A DNA stretch of 64,000 nucleotides from contig NC_087437.1 in NCBI RefSeq assembly GCF_036321535.1, forward strand, positions 22,818,001-22,882,000. The letters are read 5' to 3'. The translations under genes were made by a program, and so were the position numbers. The notes under the pieces are model-generated. The model was not told where the DNA came from. It worked only from the letters and a program-made list of their open reading frames with translations, and did not search any database. The stretch comes from Camelus dromedarius (lineage: Eukaryota). Position 1 is the stretch's first letter. Every line of letters starts with the position of its first letter. This document shows, one piece after another, positions 26,714 to 39,839 of the stretch.

Positions 26714-28002
26714 GCCATTGTTTTAATAAATCCTCTAGATTTAACAAGGCACAGCACTTATTTAGAAAGATTTATTATTTTCTAGGAACTATTAGCTAAG
26801 GGGCTGTGTCTCCTATCTTTCAGAAGCAGTTAAGAAGGAACAAGAAGGTAAATTGAATCAGGTAGTATACAGTCTTTAAATGAAAGAAATGTTTATGCTT
26901 TCCACAACAAAGCATCTTTTTTTTTTTTCCGCTTTAAGAGAACCATAGGCTGATTCTAGATATGGAACAAAATTGGCAAGTAGAATTGAAGACTATAAGC
27001 CAGTTTTATAAGCGTAACAGAGGATGATTTACCATCCAATGATGTACTTTAAAACTTAACACGAATCAAGGGCCTAAAAGATGGGGAGGTCATTTATGTT
27101 GCCTAAACTCCTAGAGAAATATTTGACTTGGGCCAAGGAGGTACAGATACTCCAGACAGATGGGGGAAGGGAACAGGGGGGAATTTTAATACCATAAGGA
27201 AACTTTTAAAGGAGTATAACATCCATCATTTTGTCAACAGCGATTTCGTTAAGGCTGGTATTTTAGAGCAGTTCAATTGGACTCTGAAATCTAAAATGTG
27301 GTGTTAATTTAAGCTCAAAACATATTTTAATACATTAATATAATTCATCACTTTATCACTAGGTACAACCATCAGATATTCTGCAAAAAAAATCTATAAA
27401 TGTCATAGCCAGAAATTCTTTACCACTTTAAGAGAAAAAACAGAAAATTCCATTTTGTGAGAAAGGAAATCATGGCATCTGGGTCAAAGGAGAAATTCAA
27501 AAAGTGGGTCCAGGAGGTAATAACAAGAAAGATATATTCAGCAACAGAAGTGGTGATCAGGAGTTAGAAACCAGTTATTAGCTAAAAGATCATGAAGAAG
27601 CAGAGATAAGCTGCTAGAATAACAAAAAATCATAACTCTATGCCAAGAGTCAGTACACAACATAGAAAAATAAATTATTTATATGAAGGGATATGCTAGG
27701 AATGAAATCATTCTCATCAAATGAATAAGGCTTTGATGATTCAGAATTTTTACATGGTGGAAAGTAGGTAAATAAAAACAGTTTTTACATTGCACTACCC
27801 AGCAATATTTCAATATCACCTTTCCTCTGAAGTTTAGGGATATCTCATGGTTGAGAGTTGAGCAGATCAAGGCCCCAGAACAAGGAAATCACCCCTAAAG
27901 ATGCTACCTTCTGGTGTGAAGGGCCATATTATCTAGAGGAATAAGTATAAACTATCAACTATGTATATACATACACATATACAGATATATATGTATGTAT
28001 GC

Positions 28003-28045
<43 letters not shown>

Positions 28046-28061
28046 CATATTTTTTTTTTTT
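28003..28061. repeat. Compound microsatellite (GT)n(AT)n(T)n
   Basis: Directly visible. Confidence 0.95.
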
Positions 28062-28139
28062 AGGAAAAAACAAGTTAGTTCAAGTCATCTTCTACGGTCC
28101 TCTCAGAATTTTATGTTAGATCTTTTGCTTTTAGCTGGC

Positions 28140-28335
28140 TAAGACAAGTAAGTGGGAAGACCACATGAAACATTTTATTGTCAGGCCCGGAAGTGGATGT
28201 ATCCTATCTACCACATTACTTTGTCCAGCATCCAGTTACAAGGCCATATCCATATTGCAATCTGGCTCAGGAAAAGTAGTCTTCCCATTCGGAAAGGGAA
28301 ATGGGATTGATGAGCATCTAGCAATTTCTGCAAAA
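28140..28335 (-). mobile_element. MLT1J-like MaLR LTR fragment
   Basis: ggaagtgg... ccagttacaaggccatatc... ggaaaagtagtct... ggaaatgggattgatgagcatctagcaatttctgc. Confidence 0.6.
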
Positions 28336-29385
28336 AACAAAAACAAAACAAAAACGTTGGTACATACAAACATGCACAAATATTCCCTATTTCCATTTTA
28401 TTGGTATTCGCAGGTATGTCTGTGTCCAACTATTAATTTTCAAACTTTTTGAATTAGATTGGTTTTAGATTCTCTTTAATCTATAGTTTATATACTTGGG
28501 TTTTGCTTTGTGATTTGATTTGAGAGTTTCCTCTTTCACTAGGTAAGTTTATTCCATTTAAATTTATTGATCTGATAGATATGTTTGGTCTTAGTTTTGT
28601 CAAATTGTTATGTTTTATGTTTAATTTTATGTTTGCTATAAGGTTTTGTTTTTTTATTTGGTTTAGTTTTAATCTTGTTTATTTTCTTCCTAATAATTTC
28701 AATAGTTTTCTTTTTAAAATTAATATAACTTACCCTCCGATATTTATAGGCTTGAAAAGTCTGTTGGCTTTAAACATGTGCAATAATTTGGTTTTGCATT
28801 AAATTCTTAGGATGGTCCTTCTTTTCCTGAGAAAACTGTAAATAATATTGCATCCCCTTCTAGCACTAATTGTAACTAAGATGAATTTCTATACAATTTT
28901 CTCTTTATTTTTGAAATAAGGTAAATTTGGGTGCTATTTCTTGATACTGACTTATTTGTGTAAACATGTTCTAAAACAACATGTTGTTGAAACTGCTAAA
29001 TAGCCTTCAAAAGTGCTGTACTAATTCACAATTCCACCAGCAAAGCATGAGTTTCTGTTGCTTCATATTCTTGCCAAATCTTATTATTTCTAGTTATTTT
29101 CATCTTAGTCATGTGAAAGGGTATGTATGTAGTAGTAACTCACCTGCATTTCAGTTTGTATTTTTCTGATGACTATTGATAGTGAACATTTTTCATGTTT
29201 TTATTGACTACTTATACTTTCACATATTGTTTATATATACAGTTTTATATAAAATATAATGTAAGTATATTACATATATTATATATGTATAATTATATAT
29301 ATAAATTTGATAGATATAACATTTTCTCACAATCTATGGCTTGTCTTTTTATTTCCTTAACAGTGTGTTTTAAAGAGCAGAAGTT

Positions 29386-31070
29386 ATCCTGAGAAAGGAG
29401 AATAAAGTGGGAGGCCTGACTTCCTGATTTCAAACTATATTATAAAGCAAAAGTAATTGAAACAGTATGATACTGGCATAAAAACAGACACACTGACTAA
29501 CAGAACAGAATCGAGAACCCAGAGATAAATCCAAGAAATATTTGACAAGGGAGCCAAGAATACTTAATGGAGAAAAGATAGTCTCTTCAATAAATGGTGC
29601 TGGGAAAATTGGATATTCTCTTACAAAAGAATGAAATTAGGTCACTGCCTTACACATCTCACAAAAATTAACTTGAAATGCATTAAAGACTTCAATATAA
29701 GACCAGAAACAATAAAACTTCAAGAAGAAAACATAAAAAAAAAAAACTTCTTGACATAGATCTTGGCAATAATTTTTTGTTATGACACCTAAAAGCACAA
29801 GCAACAAAATCAAAGAAACAAATGGGGCTTTATCAGTTAAAAGCTTCTGCACAGCGAAAGAAATTATCAACAAAGTGAAAGGCCTACCTACAGAATGGGA
29901 AAAAGTATTTGCAAACTGTATATTTGATGAGACTAATAACGAAAGTATACAAAGAACTCATACAACTCAACAGCAAAAACACAAACAATCCAATCTAAAA
30001 AATGGGGAAAAGACCTGAATAGATATTTTTCCAAACAAGATATACAAATGGCCAACAGCTACATGATGAGGTGCTCAACATCACAAATCATCAGGGAAAT
30101 GCAAATCACAACAACGAGATATTACCTCCTGTTAAAATGGCTATCATCAAAAAGACAAGAAACAACAAATGGTGGTGAGGATATAGAAAAAAGGGAACAC
30201 TTGTGCACTGTTGGAGGGATTGTAAATTGGTATAGACACTATGAATAAAAGTATACCGTTTCCTCAAAAATATTAAAAAAAAGAACTACCATATGATCTA
30301 GCAATTCCACTTTTGGAAATACATTTGAAGTACATGAAAACACTAATGCTAAAATATATATGCACCCCAATGTTCATAGCAACATTTTTACAATAGTGAA
30401 GACATGAAAACAACCAAAGTGTGTCCACTGATGAATAAATAAAAAAGTTAATGTATAATAAAAATAAGTAATATAAAATATATGTAAGAAATAATATATA
30501 CATAAATACATATATCATATATGATGGAATATTATTCAGTCATAAAAAGAAGGAAATATTGCCATTTGTGACATGATTGGACCTTAAAGGCATTATGCTA
30601 AGTGATAAAAGACAAACAGAGAAAGACAAATACTGTATGATCTCACTTATATATAGAGCCCCCCCCCAATAAAACCAAAAACAAAAAACAAACTCATACT
30701 AAAAGAGATAAGATTTGTGGTTACCAGAGGTGGAGGTGTGGGGGGTATTGGATGACAGTGGTCAAAGATACAAACTTCCAGTTATAAGATAAATAAGTAA
30801 GGATATAATACACAACATAATGACTATAGTTAACTATACTGTATAGCATATTTAAAAGTTGTTGAGAGAGTAAGTCCTAAGAATTCTCATCGCACATTTA
30901 AAAATTTTTTTCTTTTTTTTTTTTTTGGTATCTCTACAAGATGATGGATGTTAACTAAACTTGTTGTGATAATCATTTCGCAAATTTGTAAGCCAAATCA
31001 TTAGGCTGTACACCTTCAAGTTATACAGTGCTGTATGTCAATTATATATTAATAAAACTGGAAAAGTAAA
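29386..31070 (+). mobile_element. LINE-1 (L1MA9-like), 5'-truncated, ORF2 C-terminal remnant plus 3'UTR
   Basis: Track ORFs give KSFCTAKEIINKVKGLPTEWEKVFAN and [13 protein letters not shown] (ORF2p C-terminal motifs, frameshifted). 3'UTR ends tgtcaattatatattaataaaactggaaaa. Confidence 0.93.
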
Positions 31071-32279
31071 GATACTGTTGCAAAATCTAAAAATAAAAAT
31101 AATAACTCACTTTTTAAAACCACTCCAAAAGGAATTAAGACTGTGACTGTGTCATAACAAAATATACTGTAATACAGATTCACACTAGAAAATGGGTAAT
31201 AAAACAACCCTGAGTGGGAAGCACAGAAGAAAAAAAGAAGGGCAGTTATCATCATGAGACATTTTGGCATCTCTACAGGTACTTCAAGCCAGAAAAAACA
31301 TCAAGCATGAAAAAACAATGAAGTAAGGATAAATTGGATGAGCACTGTAAACCAACAGCTAATAAGAAACTGGAAAAGAAAAAAGGAATAGGAAAGCCAA
31401 AATCATAAAATAAATAATGTTAAAAAAAAGAAAGTATTAGTAAATTTCAAGCTAGTCTTAAAACATATAGCTACTCCATTGTACCTTGGGATGAAGTGTG
31501 GTCTTATACTGCCAAACAGAGGTTTTAGAGTTGCAGTGATTTCCTCGCATTGAGCATTCCTTTGGGATGTCATCAGAGTCAGGATGCTCTCTCCTCGTCA
31601 GTGCCTGCAATTTATGTTCAAACAATTATATCTCAGAACCCACATGTTCAGTCTCCCAATAACCTTTGTAAGCAATCCCCTAGTCAATTTAACTCCTTAC
31701 CTCTTAAAACGGATTTTATATATTTTACAAAATAATTTATTAAACTACAAAATTAACAATAAAAGCATTTAAAAATAAAGAACTGAATTTTTAATTTTGA
31801 TAAAATAATTTTATAGTTTTCTGATTTCATGGTAAGAGCTTTTGATATTTCATTGCAAAAACTTTTATCTACTCCAGTTCTGTGAAGATTTTCTCCTCGG
31901 TTTTCTTCTAGAAGTTTTATGTTTTAGTTTTTATGTTTTGATCGATGACTCATTTCAAGTTAAGTATCTGTGGGTTTTGAAAATTAAATCAATGTTACAT
32001 TAATAGAATAATTTTACTTGGTAATGTAATATTATTTTTATGTATTGCTGGATTTGAGTGACAATATTTTGATAAGAATTTTTGCATCTATCTATGTTCA
32101 TGAGGGATATTGGTTTATAGTTCTGTTTGCTTATAATATCCAACTGGTTTTAGCATATTAGGATAATGTTGGCATCATAAAATAACTTGGCAGTGATTCA
32201 TTAGCACTATTTTCTGAAGGAGTCTATGTAAGATTAGCATTGCTTTCCTTTCAATATATGTTTGAATCTACCAGTCCAA

Positions 32280-32329
32280 CTTTGTGGGACTGGTATTTTC
32301 TTTGTGGGACTGGTATTTTCTTTGTGGGA
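32280..32329. repeat. Perfect 20-bp tandem repeat, 2.5 copies
   Basis: (ctttgtgggactggtatttt)x2 + ctttgtggga. Confidence 0.95.
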
Positions 32330-34329
32330 TATTTTTAAATAATCAATTTCCTTTTTTAAAAATAGAAGAGTTATTTACATGTGTTTTTTTCCCCCTGTAC
32401 CAGTTTTATTAATTGGGCCTTCCAGGAATTTTCAATTTTATCCTAAGTAGTCATAGCTTTTAACAAAATATGTCATTATTCTTTTAATGTATGTAGGCTC
32501 CAAAGAGTTTTCCCCTCTTAAATCTTGTCTTTGGCAATTTTTGTCTTCTTTCATTTTTTTATAATAAGTCTAGCAAGAAGTTTATCAACTTTATCAATTT
32601 TTTCAGAGAACTATCTCTGCTCAATTGATTTTATCATTTATTTTCTATTTAATTCATTACTCAATTCCTTATTTCATTCCTTCTACTTATGTTGGGTTTA
32701 AATTTCTTTTTTACTTTCTAAAATCAAAGCTTAAATCATCAGTATTTAAATATTTCCTCTTTTCTAATATTAGCATTTAAAGCTATAAATTTCCCCATAA
32801 GAATTATTTTAGTTGCATTCTACAAATTTTGATGTGCTATTCTCATTACAGTTCATCATTTCATTCAGTTCAACATTTTTTCTAATTTACCATATTACTT
32901 ATTCACTGAACCATGGGTTATTTAGAACTGTGTAGCTAATTCTCCAATGTTTAGGTATTTATTTCCAGGTAAGTTTTGTTATTGTTTTCTAAATTAATTT
33001 CATTGTGGTCACAGAATACATGCTGTATGACTTTATTATTTTATTGGAACTTCTTTTATAGTTCAACATATGATCTATCTTGACAAATATTCCCTGTGCA
33101 TGCAAAAAGATGTATTCTTTGTTGGGTATAGTTTTCCATAATTTCAGTTAGGTCATTCAGGATGGTACTGCTATTCATGTTTCCTATACACTTAGAAATT
33201 TTCTGTCAACTTATTTTATTAATACTGAATTGTGTTGAAATCTTCAACTACATTTATGGGTTAATTTATTTTTCCTTTCAGTTCTCTTAGTTTTTGCTTC
33301 CTGTATTTTGAAGCTCTGTTTTAGGTTCATATGCATTTAGAATTATGTCCTCTTGGTGAATTGATCCTTTAATTATTATGAGATGATATTCTTTACTTTG
33401 GTAATATTGCTTGATCTGAACAATACTGTTTTGTTTTATTTCATCCAATATGAACACAGCCACTTTAGCTTTTTTTATGACTAAAAACCTATCATTGTCT
33501 TTATATTTAAAGTGATTTTTTTTTTACTTTGGATATGTTTTTCAGGTCTAGATGTTAATTTTAGTTCTTTTTTCATATTTTTAATTCCCCTCATTTTTAT
33601 GTTTTCCTCTAAATCCTTAAAAATATTTATAATTTCTTTTTAAAGAATGTCTGGTAATTATCATCTATTTTATTTGTGGCTTTGCTGCTATTAACTAACT
33701 GCATTCTTAGTTTATTAGTCGCTTTTTCCTGCATTTTGAATAATTTTTGATTCAATGCTAATGATGATTTTCATGTTGTTGAGTCTGGAGTTTTAGTTTT
33801 CCTCTAAAGAATGCGCTTTTGTATGCGTGGAGGGAGGTATAATTATTTCATCCATTTGAGGTGGTTTAAAAAGTTTTGTTCATGAGATACTAGAATAGCC
33901 TTAATTCAGACATAACTTAGCCTTCTTACCAAGGTATGACCCTTTGGGGATCTCTACTGAATTCCTTTATTGTTCACCAATGTTTCTCCACTTTGGCTGG
34001 TCTGAGCTCAAATATCTCCCAGGCTTGTTCATGCTCTCTGCTTCCTGTCTTTCATTCTGGAAAGTGCCTTCAGTTAGAAAGGTGGAATGATTGTTGAACT
34101 CACTTAAGTGGTCTCCCTTCTCTTTAGGTTCACAGCCTTCTGTTGCCTGTTTTCCAAAGTCTGAAACCAGTTGTTTCTCATATTTTGTCCAGTTTTTTAG
34201 TTGTTTATGGTGTACAAATCTAGTACTTGTTACTTGCTTTATATTTTTTGCCTTTTTATTGTAAAATTAAATTAAATTAAACACACAAAAGAAAATGTAG
34301 CTTAGTGAATTAATGTAAAGTTAAATGCC

Positions 34330-34659
34330 TGCCATGCATGGTCTGAATTTTTGTGTCCCCCCTCAAATTCATATGTTAAAATCCTAACCCTCAAAGGTGG
34401 GGCCTTTGTTTAATTCATGGGTGTGGAACCCTCACAAATGGGATTAATGCCTTATAAAAGAGGCAATAGAGAGCTCCCTAGCCCTTTCTGCCCATTGGGA
34501 ATACAAGGAGGTCTGTAACCTGGAAGAAGGCCCTCACCCAACAATGCCAATGTTGTCATCATGGACTTCCAGCTCCAATACAGTGAGAAATAAACTTCCA
34601 TTGTTTATAAGCTACTCAGTTTTGGTATTTTGTTATAGCAGCCCAAACGGTCTAAGACA
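34330..34659 (+). mobile_element. MaLR solo LTR, MLT1A-like, inserted in an old L1 3' end
   Basis: atggtctgaa...gtgtcccccctcaaattcatatgtt... gagaaataaac... ttgttatagcagcccaaacggtctaagaca. Confidence 0.88.
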
Positions 34660-35373
34660 AAACCTTTATAACCACCACCCTGGCCAAGAAACAGAAATTG
34701 GCTAGCTATCCTGGAAGCCTCTCTGTATGCTATTCCCCATTCACAGCCCCCTTCTATCCATATCTAGTATCTCAGTTTTTGTAATACTCATTTCCTTGGA
34801 GTTTTTGAGGTTTTCAATCATCCAAGTGGGCACCCTTAGACACTATATAGTCTTACCCATTTTTGTTACCTTGAATTGTCTTGTAAGTCTCTTTTCATGT
34901 AGAGATGTTCCCTTCATCCCTTTCTTTTCTTTACTATTCATCTTTTTAAGAATTGAGCTGTTTGTCTTGTCCAGTTTCTCACAGTCTGAATTTCGCTGAT
35001 TATGTATTCATGGTGTAATTCAACATGTTCTGTTTTTTCTGTTTCTTGCAAGCTGTCTTCAGGATCCAAAAGCTTGATAAAACTACCTTTTTATCCCTTT
35101 GGTAAGACTATAATTTTCATCTGAAGGCACTTACAGCTTGTTTTCACTCAATTTTATGTTTGCAGCCATTTGTGTTCAATGCTTAGATTCATTGATTCAT
35201 TGGTGTTTGCAAAATAGAGATATCCTAATGTTTTTATTAGCTGGAATAAGTTTATAAGAAGATACAACCTCATTTACTATTTACCAATTGGTATGGTTCA
35301 TTTAAGAAGGGAGAAATGAAAGCTTACTTTTTTCCTTTTATTTATCTTTTTAAGATAATGACTTGTGACTGAC

Positions 35374-35808
35374 TGTATTAGCTTTTTATGGCTGCTGTAA
35401 CAAATTACCACAGACCTGATGCTTTAAAACAACATATATTTGTTCCTTACATGCTGGAGGCCAGAAGTCTGAAATGAGTCTTATGGAGCTAAAAATCAAG
35501 GTTTCAGCAGGGCCACACTCACTACAAAGGCTCCAGAGACAAGAAGAATGCAATCCTCATTCATGGTACATCCTCCATCTTCTCTCTTTAACAGTGTTTC
35601 CATCACATGGTAGTCTTATTTGCTGTCTGTAGTCAAATCTCCTTCTGTCTCCCTCCTAGGAATACTTGTGATTATGTTTAAGACCAACCTGGATAATTGA
35701 GGATAATCTTCCCATCTCATTACCCTGAATTTAATCACATGTGCAAAGACCCTTTTTCCACCTACAGTAAAAGTCATAAGAACTATGTATCTTTAAAGAC
35801 CTACCACA
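35374..35808 (-). mobile_element. MaLR solo LTR, MLT1D-like
   Basis: tgtattag...ggctgctgtaacaaattaccac... ttaatcacatgtgcaaag... ctaccaca; 5-bp TSD ctgac/gtgac (4 of 5). Confidence 0.88.
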
Positions 35809-36309
35809 GTGACAAATACAATCTTTTAAAAATATATTATGTAAAAATATATTATGAACTCACAAATTTAAACATATTTTATTGGCCTCAATCCATTTTA
35901 ATTTTTATACAAACTATGGTCAATTAGAGCCTCAATTTGACTTCTGAATCCTTGTGACATGACCTTTGTAATATTCTATTTTTTCTCTGCTATACAGTAT
36001 TTCAAGATGTTCTTATATTTTCTGCTATAGACTTGGAATCAGTCATATTTTGAAGAAGCCAAGGTTTCCTTTAAAAGAAAATAGTATGTCAAAAGTATAA
36101 TCTGGAAGCTAGGGTTGCTATTTGCTACTTGTTGGTGATGTTTTTATTAGATTTTTCAAATTCAGGTCTACATAGTCTTTACTTAACCTTTCTTATTTTA
36201 CATCTTTCCACACTAAGAATCCTCATTCTTAAGGTCACAAGTAATGATAGATTTAGAATATATCATAATTGTTCATTTGCTTTATCTCACTTATTTTTTT
36301 TATCCCATT

Positions 36310-36763
36310 TAAGTATTTAAATATATTACTCCATTTCTTCTGGTACAAAGCACTGCTGTTAAAAAAATCTGATGATAATATAATGTGATGCCCTTATGAA
36401 ATATGTGCTCTTTTCTCTAGAGTCCCCAAAACTATTTTTTCTTTTTCTTTAAAGTCCAATAATTTTACTAGAATATTTCTCAGTCTTGCTCTGGGTTAAA
36501 AATCTCAGGCAATTGTGTGCTCTTTTAATGTATATTTCACAACAATATTTTTCAGCAAGTTTTTAATATTTGTTCTATTCTTTATGTATTTTTTTTCTTT
36601 TTTAGGAACTCCTATATCTGTATGTTGAATCTTCTATTAATATCTTCAATATTCATCATTTTCTCTCAAATCCTTTTTGTTTCTTCATTTTGTTGTGTTT
36701 TTTTTAAAAACTACCTCCCTCTAATCTACTATTTCTTGTAAGGCATTATTTGTTGTGCTTGGA

Positions 36764-36813
<50 letters not shown>

Positions 36814-37800
36814 AGTGTGTGATTTTTTTCTTCTAGTTTATTCCTCAGCTCTGAAATATTTTTTCTTTTCTTTCTTTTTGAACTGTATCGCTAATTTCTA
36901 AGTTTTTCAACTCTAATTTTTGTTTTTTTTCATATCTTGTATCTTTTCATTAAGCAATATTAAGTCTCTTAGGTCATTTTGACATAGTATGTTTCAATTT
37001 GCATACATGATGAACATGTCTTTTTAGTGTATTTTCTTTGCCTGCAGGATTATTCTATTTCTTCTTGTCATCTTTTCTTACAGTTGCTTGTATGGTATTT
37101 GGCTTCAATAGTTTTCCAATGATCATTTTTAAATAAATTTATTTTGCATAACTTCTTAGAAGATTTGGGTCAGATAGTTTTTCAAACTTCTCATGAGCTC
37201 CCTTTTCTGTTGTTTTCTATATTAGTAAAACTACAATTGCTTGCTTGGTGCAGTTTCCAGCTCTGTTTCCGTCTCCCTTTTACCTGGATTTTTTTTTTCC
37301 TTTCATTTTAGTTGTTTCTATGCTGAACAATTTTGTTTCATCTCAGCAGTTTCTCTTCAGTATAAGATCTTGTACTTGAAGGGAGCCCTAGTGTCAGTTA
37401 TGAGAATTTATGGGAATAAGCCAACACTAAGACTTTTCTCTGATTATTGGAATATGCTAAATGTCTCCCAGTTTTAGCTACTGTTCTCAAATTGAGTTAC
37501 CATAATTTCCAGTGAATACCTTTTAGTTTATGTGGCTTTTTTCTGTTCTCAGGTCCATCAGATGCCTCACTGCTTCACATTGCTTTTTCCGGCATAGACA
37601 CCGATAGGACACAGGTCTTGTGACTACTGATGGCTTATTCCACCTGCTTGTATTCTGAGGCTTGTGAGGAAAACCTGTTGTCTTGTTTGCAAATACTGTT
37701 TTTGCCTTTGTTATCTAGTTGCAATGTGCTTTTGTGTGGGAATTCAAAAGATCTCAAACCTATGCTACCATCTCTATTACCATCTTCTCACAATCCCATA
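36310..37800 (-). mobile_element. Degraded HAL1/L1 ORF1-region remnant
   Basis: T-rich; ctccatttcttctgg...gctgttaaaaaaatctgatg, ttttactagaatatttct, ggaactcctata...gtatgttgaatcttct. Confidence 0.55.
36766..36811. repeat. (TG)n microsatellite, ~23 units
   Basis: Directly visible. Confidence 0.95.
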
Positions 37801-37879
37801 CAGTTACTAAAGTGAGATGACTTAATATAAAAAAATTAATTAGATATTAAAGAAAGTTGAAAAGGAACTCTTGAATATC

Positions 37880-38340
37880 ATAGAGCTAGAAACTGTAGGA
37901 AGCAACTATCACATCTAGATATGCGAGACCAAAGAAGAGTGTACTGCTTGGCTGGTGCTGGCATTTCTGAGTTCAGATGAGGGGACTGTAGTCCTAAGAG
38001 AAGCTGGAGCACCATTGGTACTGGTTTCCCTGAGGGGCCACAATCAGAATGGTATTTGAAAAATTGCAAACTACAGTCAACTGCTGCTGTTGTAAGGAAA
38101 TGTTACTGCCAGAATGAAGCTTTATTGGGGTGATGTTTATAGAAACAAGAAGCAAATGGTAAGAAAAAGAAGAGTTTCTTTCCTCTTCTTCCTGTCTTGT
38201 GATCACCCTTATTTCCCCCTATTGACAGAGCTCAACAGGGAACAATCTGACAAATCAGAAAGGCAATATCCAGAATTCTAGTTCCAGCATCACAAAATGA
38301 AACATAGAAGGGTAAAATTGAAGCTGAGAGATATTTTAAA
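37880..38340. mobile_element. Ancient LTR remnant, family unassigned
   Basis: ccctattgacagagctcaacaggga... ccagcatcacaaaa... atagaagggt... agctgagaga resembles recalled old eutherian LTR consensus. Confidence 0.45.
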
Positions 38341-38750
38341 AATTGGCTTATAATTGTTATATTCTCTTTGTAAACTGTGCCTTTTATAGTTGCATAATCT
38401 TTATCTTGTTTAGTACTTTAAACCTTTTTATTTTATCTGATGTTAATGTTCCCTTTCTTCCATTTTTTGTATGCAATTGCTTCTCTCCTTTCCCATTTTT
38501 TGTTTCAAAGTCTTCACTGCTTTGTTTAAATGTATATGTTTGTGTGTGTTTTAGGAATATATTGATAGTTTTGTTTTTATCAACTTAATCTGAGAATTTA
38601 TTTTATACATTGGGGAATTTAATCATTTGTGTGTTTTAATCCTTTCACCCCACTTTGTATTTTTTTTAAGTTTTCCTTATTTCCTTTTAAATATTTCCAT
38701 TACTAGTTTTCCTGTTTAATCATTATTATTATTTATCTTTTTCCTCTTTT

Positions 38751-39839
38751 AATTTTTTTAAATTAATTTTTTATTGAAGTATAGTCAGTTTACAATGCTG
38801 GGTCAATTTCTGATGTACAGCATGTTTCAGTCATGTATGTACATACATGTATTCCTTTTCATATTCTTTTTCATATATGTTACTATAAGATATTGAAACA
38901 GTCCTCTGTGCTATACAGTAGAAACTTGTTATCTATTTTATATACAGTAGTATCTGCAAATCTTGAACTCCCAATTTATCCCTTTCTACTTTCTTTTCCC
39001 TCTGATAACCATAAGTTTGTTTTCTATGTCTGTGATTTTGTTTCTGTTTTGCAAATAAGTTCACTTGTGTCATCTGTCATTTTTTTAGATTCCACATGAA
39101 AGTGATATCATATGGTATTTTTCTTTCTCTTTCTGGCTTACTTCAATTAGTATGACAAATTCCAGGTCCACCCATGGTGCTGCAAGTGGCATTATTTTAT
39201 TGTTGTTTATGGCTAAGTAGCATTCCATTGTGTGTGTGTGTATATATACATATATATATATATACACACACACACACATATATATATATACCACAACTTC
39301 TTTATCCAGTCATCTGTCAATGGACATTTAGGTTGCTTTCACGTCTTAGATATAGTAAATTGTGCTGCTATGAACTCTGGGGTGAATGCACCTTTTCAAA
39401 TTAGAGCTTCCTTTGGATATAAGCCCAGGATCTGCTGGATCATATGGTAACTCTATTTCTAGTTTTTTAAGAAATCATCATACTATTTTCCATAACAGCT
39501 GCACCAAACTACATTTATTTCCATTAACAATGTAGAAGGCTTCCTTTTTCTCCACACCCTCTCCAGTATTAATCATTTGTGGAGTTTTTAATGAAGGAAG
39601 GCCATTCTGACTGGTGTCAAGTGATACCTCATTGTAGTTTTGATTTGCATTTCTCTGATAATTAGCAATACTGAGCATTTTTTTTCATGTGTGTATCGGC
39701 CATTTGTATGTCTTCATTGCAGAAAAGCAAAAGTAAAACATTCTCTGGCATAAATCTTAGCAATGTTCTCCTAGGGCAGTCTACCCAGGCAATAGAAATA
39801 AAAGCAAAAATAAACAAATGGGACCTAATTAAATTTATA
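38751..39839 (-). mobile_element. Young LINE-1 with 5' inversion and 16-bp TSD
   Basis: Antisense L1 3' end 38751-~39725, then sense ORF2 piece ~39721-39839. TSD atctttttcctctttt at 38735-38750 and 39840-39855. Confidence 0.93.

Larger units (their letters stand above)
28960..34230 (-). mobile_element. Old, degraded LINE-1 (L1M-type), interrupted by the 29386-31776 insertion
   Basis: Reverse L1 ORF2 motifs (ccaccagcaaagcatgag; ttttcttctagaagttttat; tatgttcatgagggatattggt; tttaaagctataaatttccc). The sequence resumes at ~31777 where it stopped at 29385. Confidence 0.8.

Noticed and set aside
32280..32329. Direct repeats as a CRISPR-like array
   Set aside because: Head-to-tail with no spacers, in a mammalian L1 context with no cas genes.
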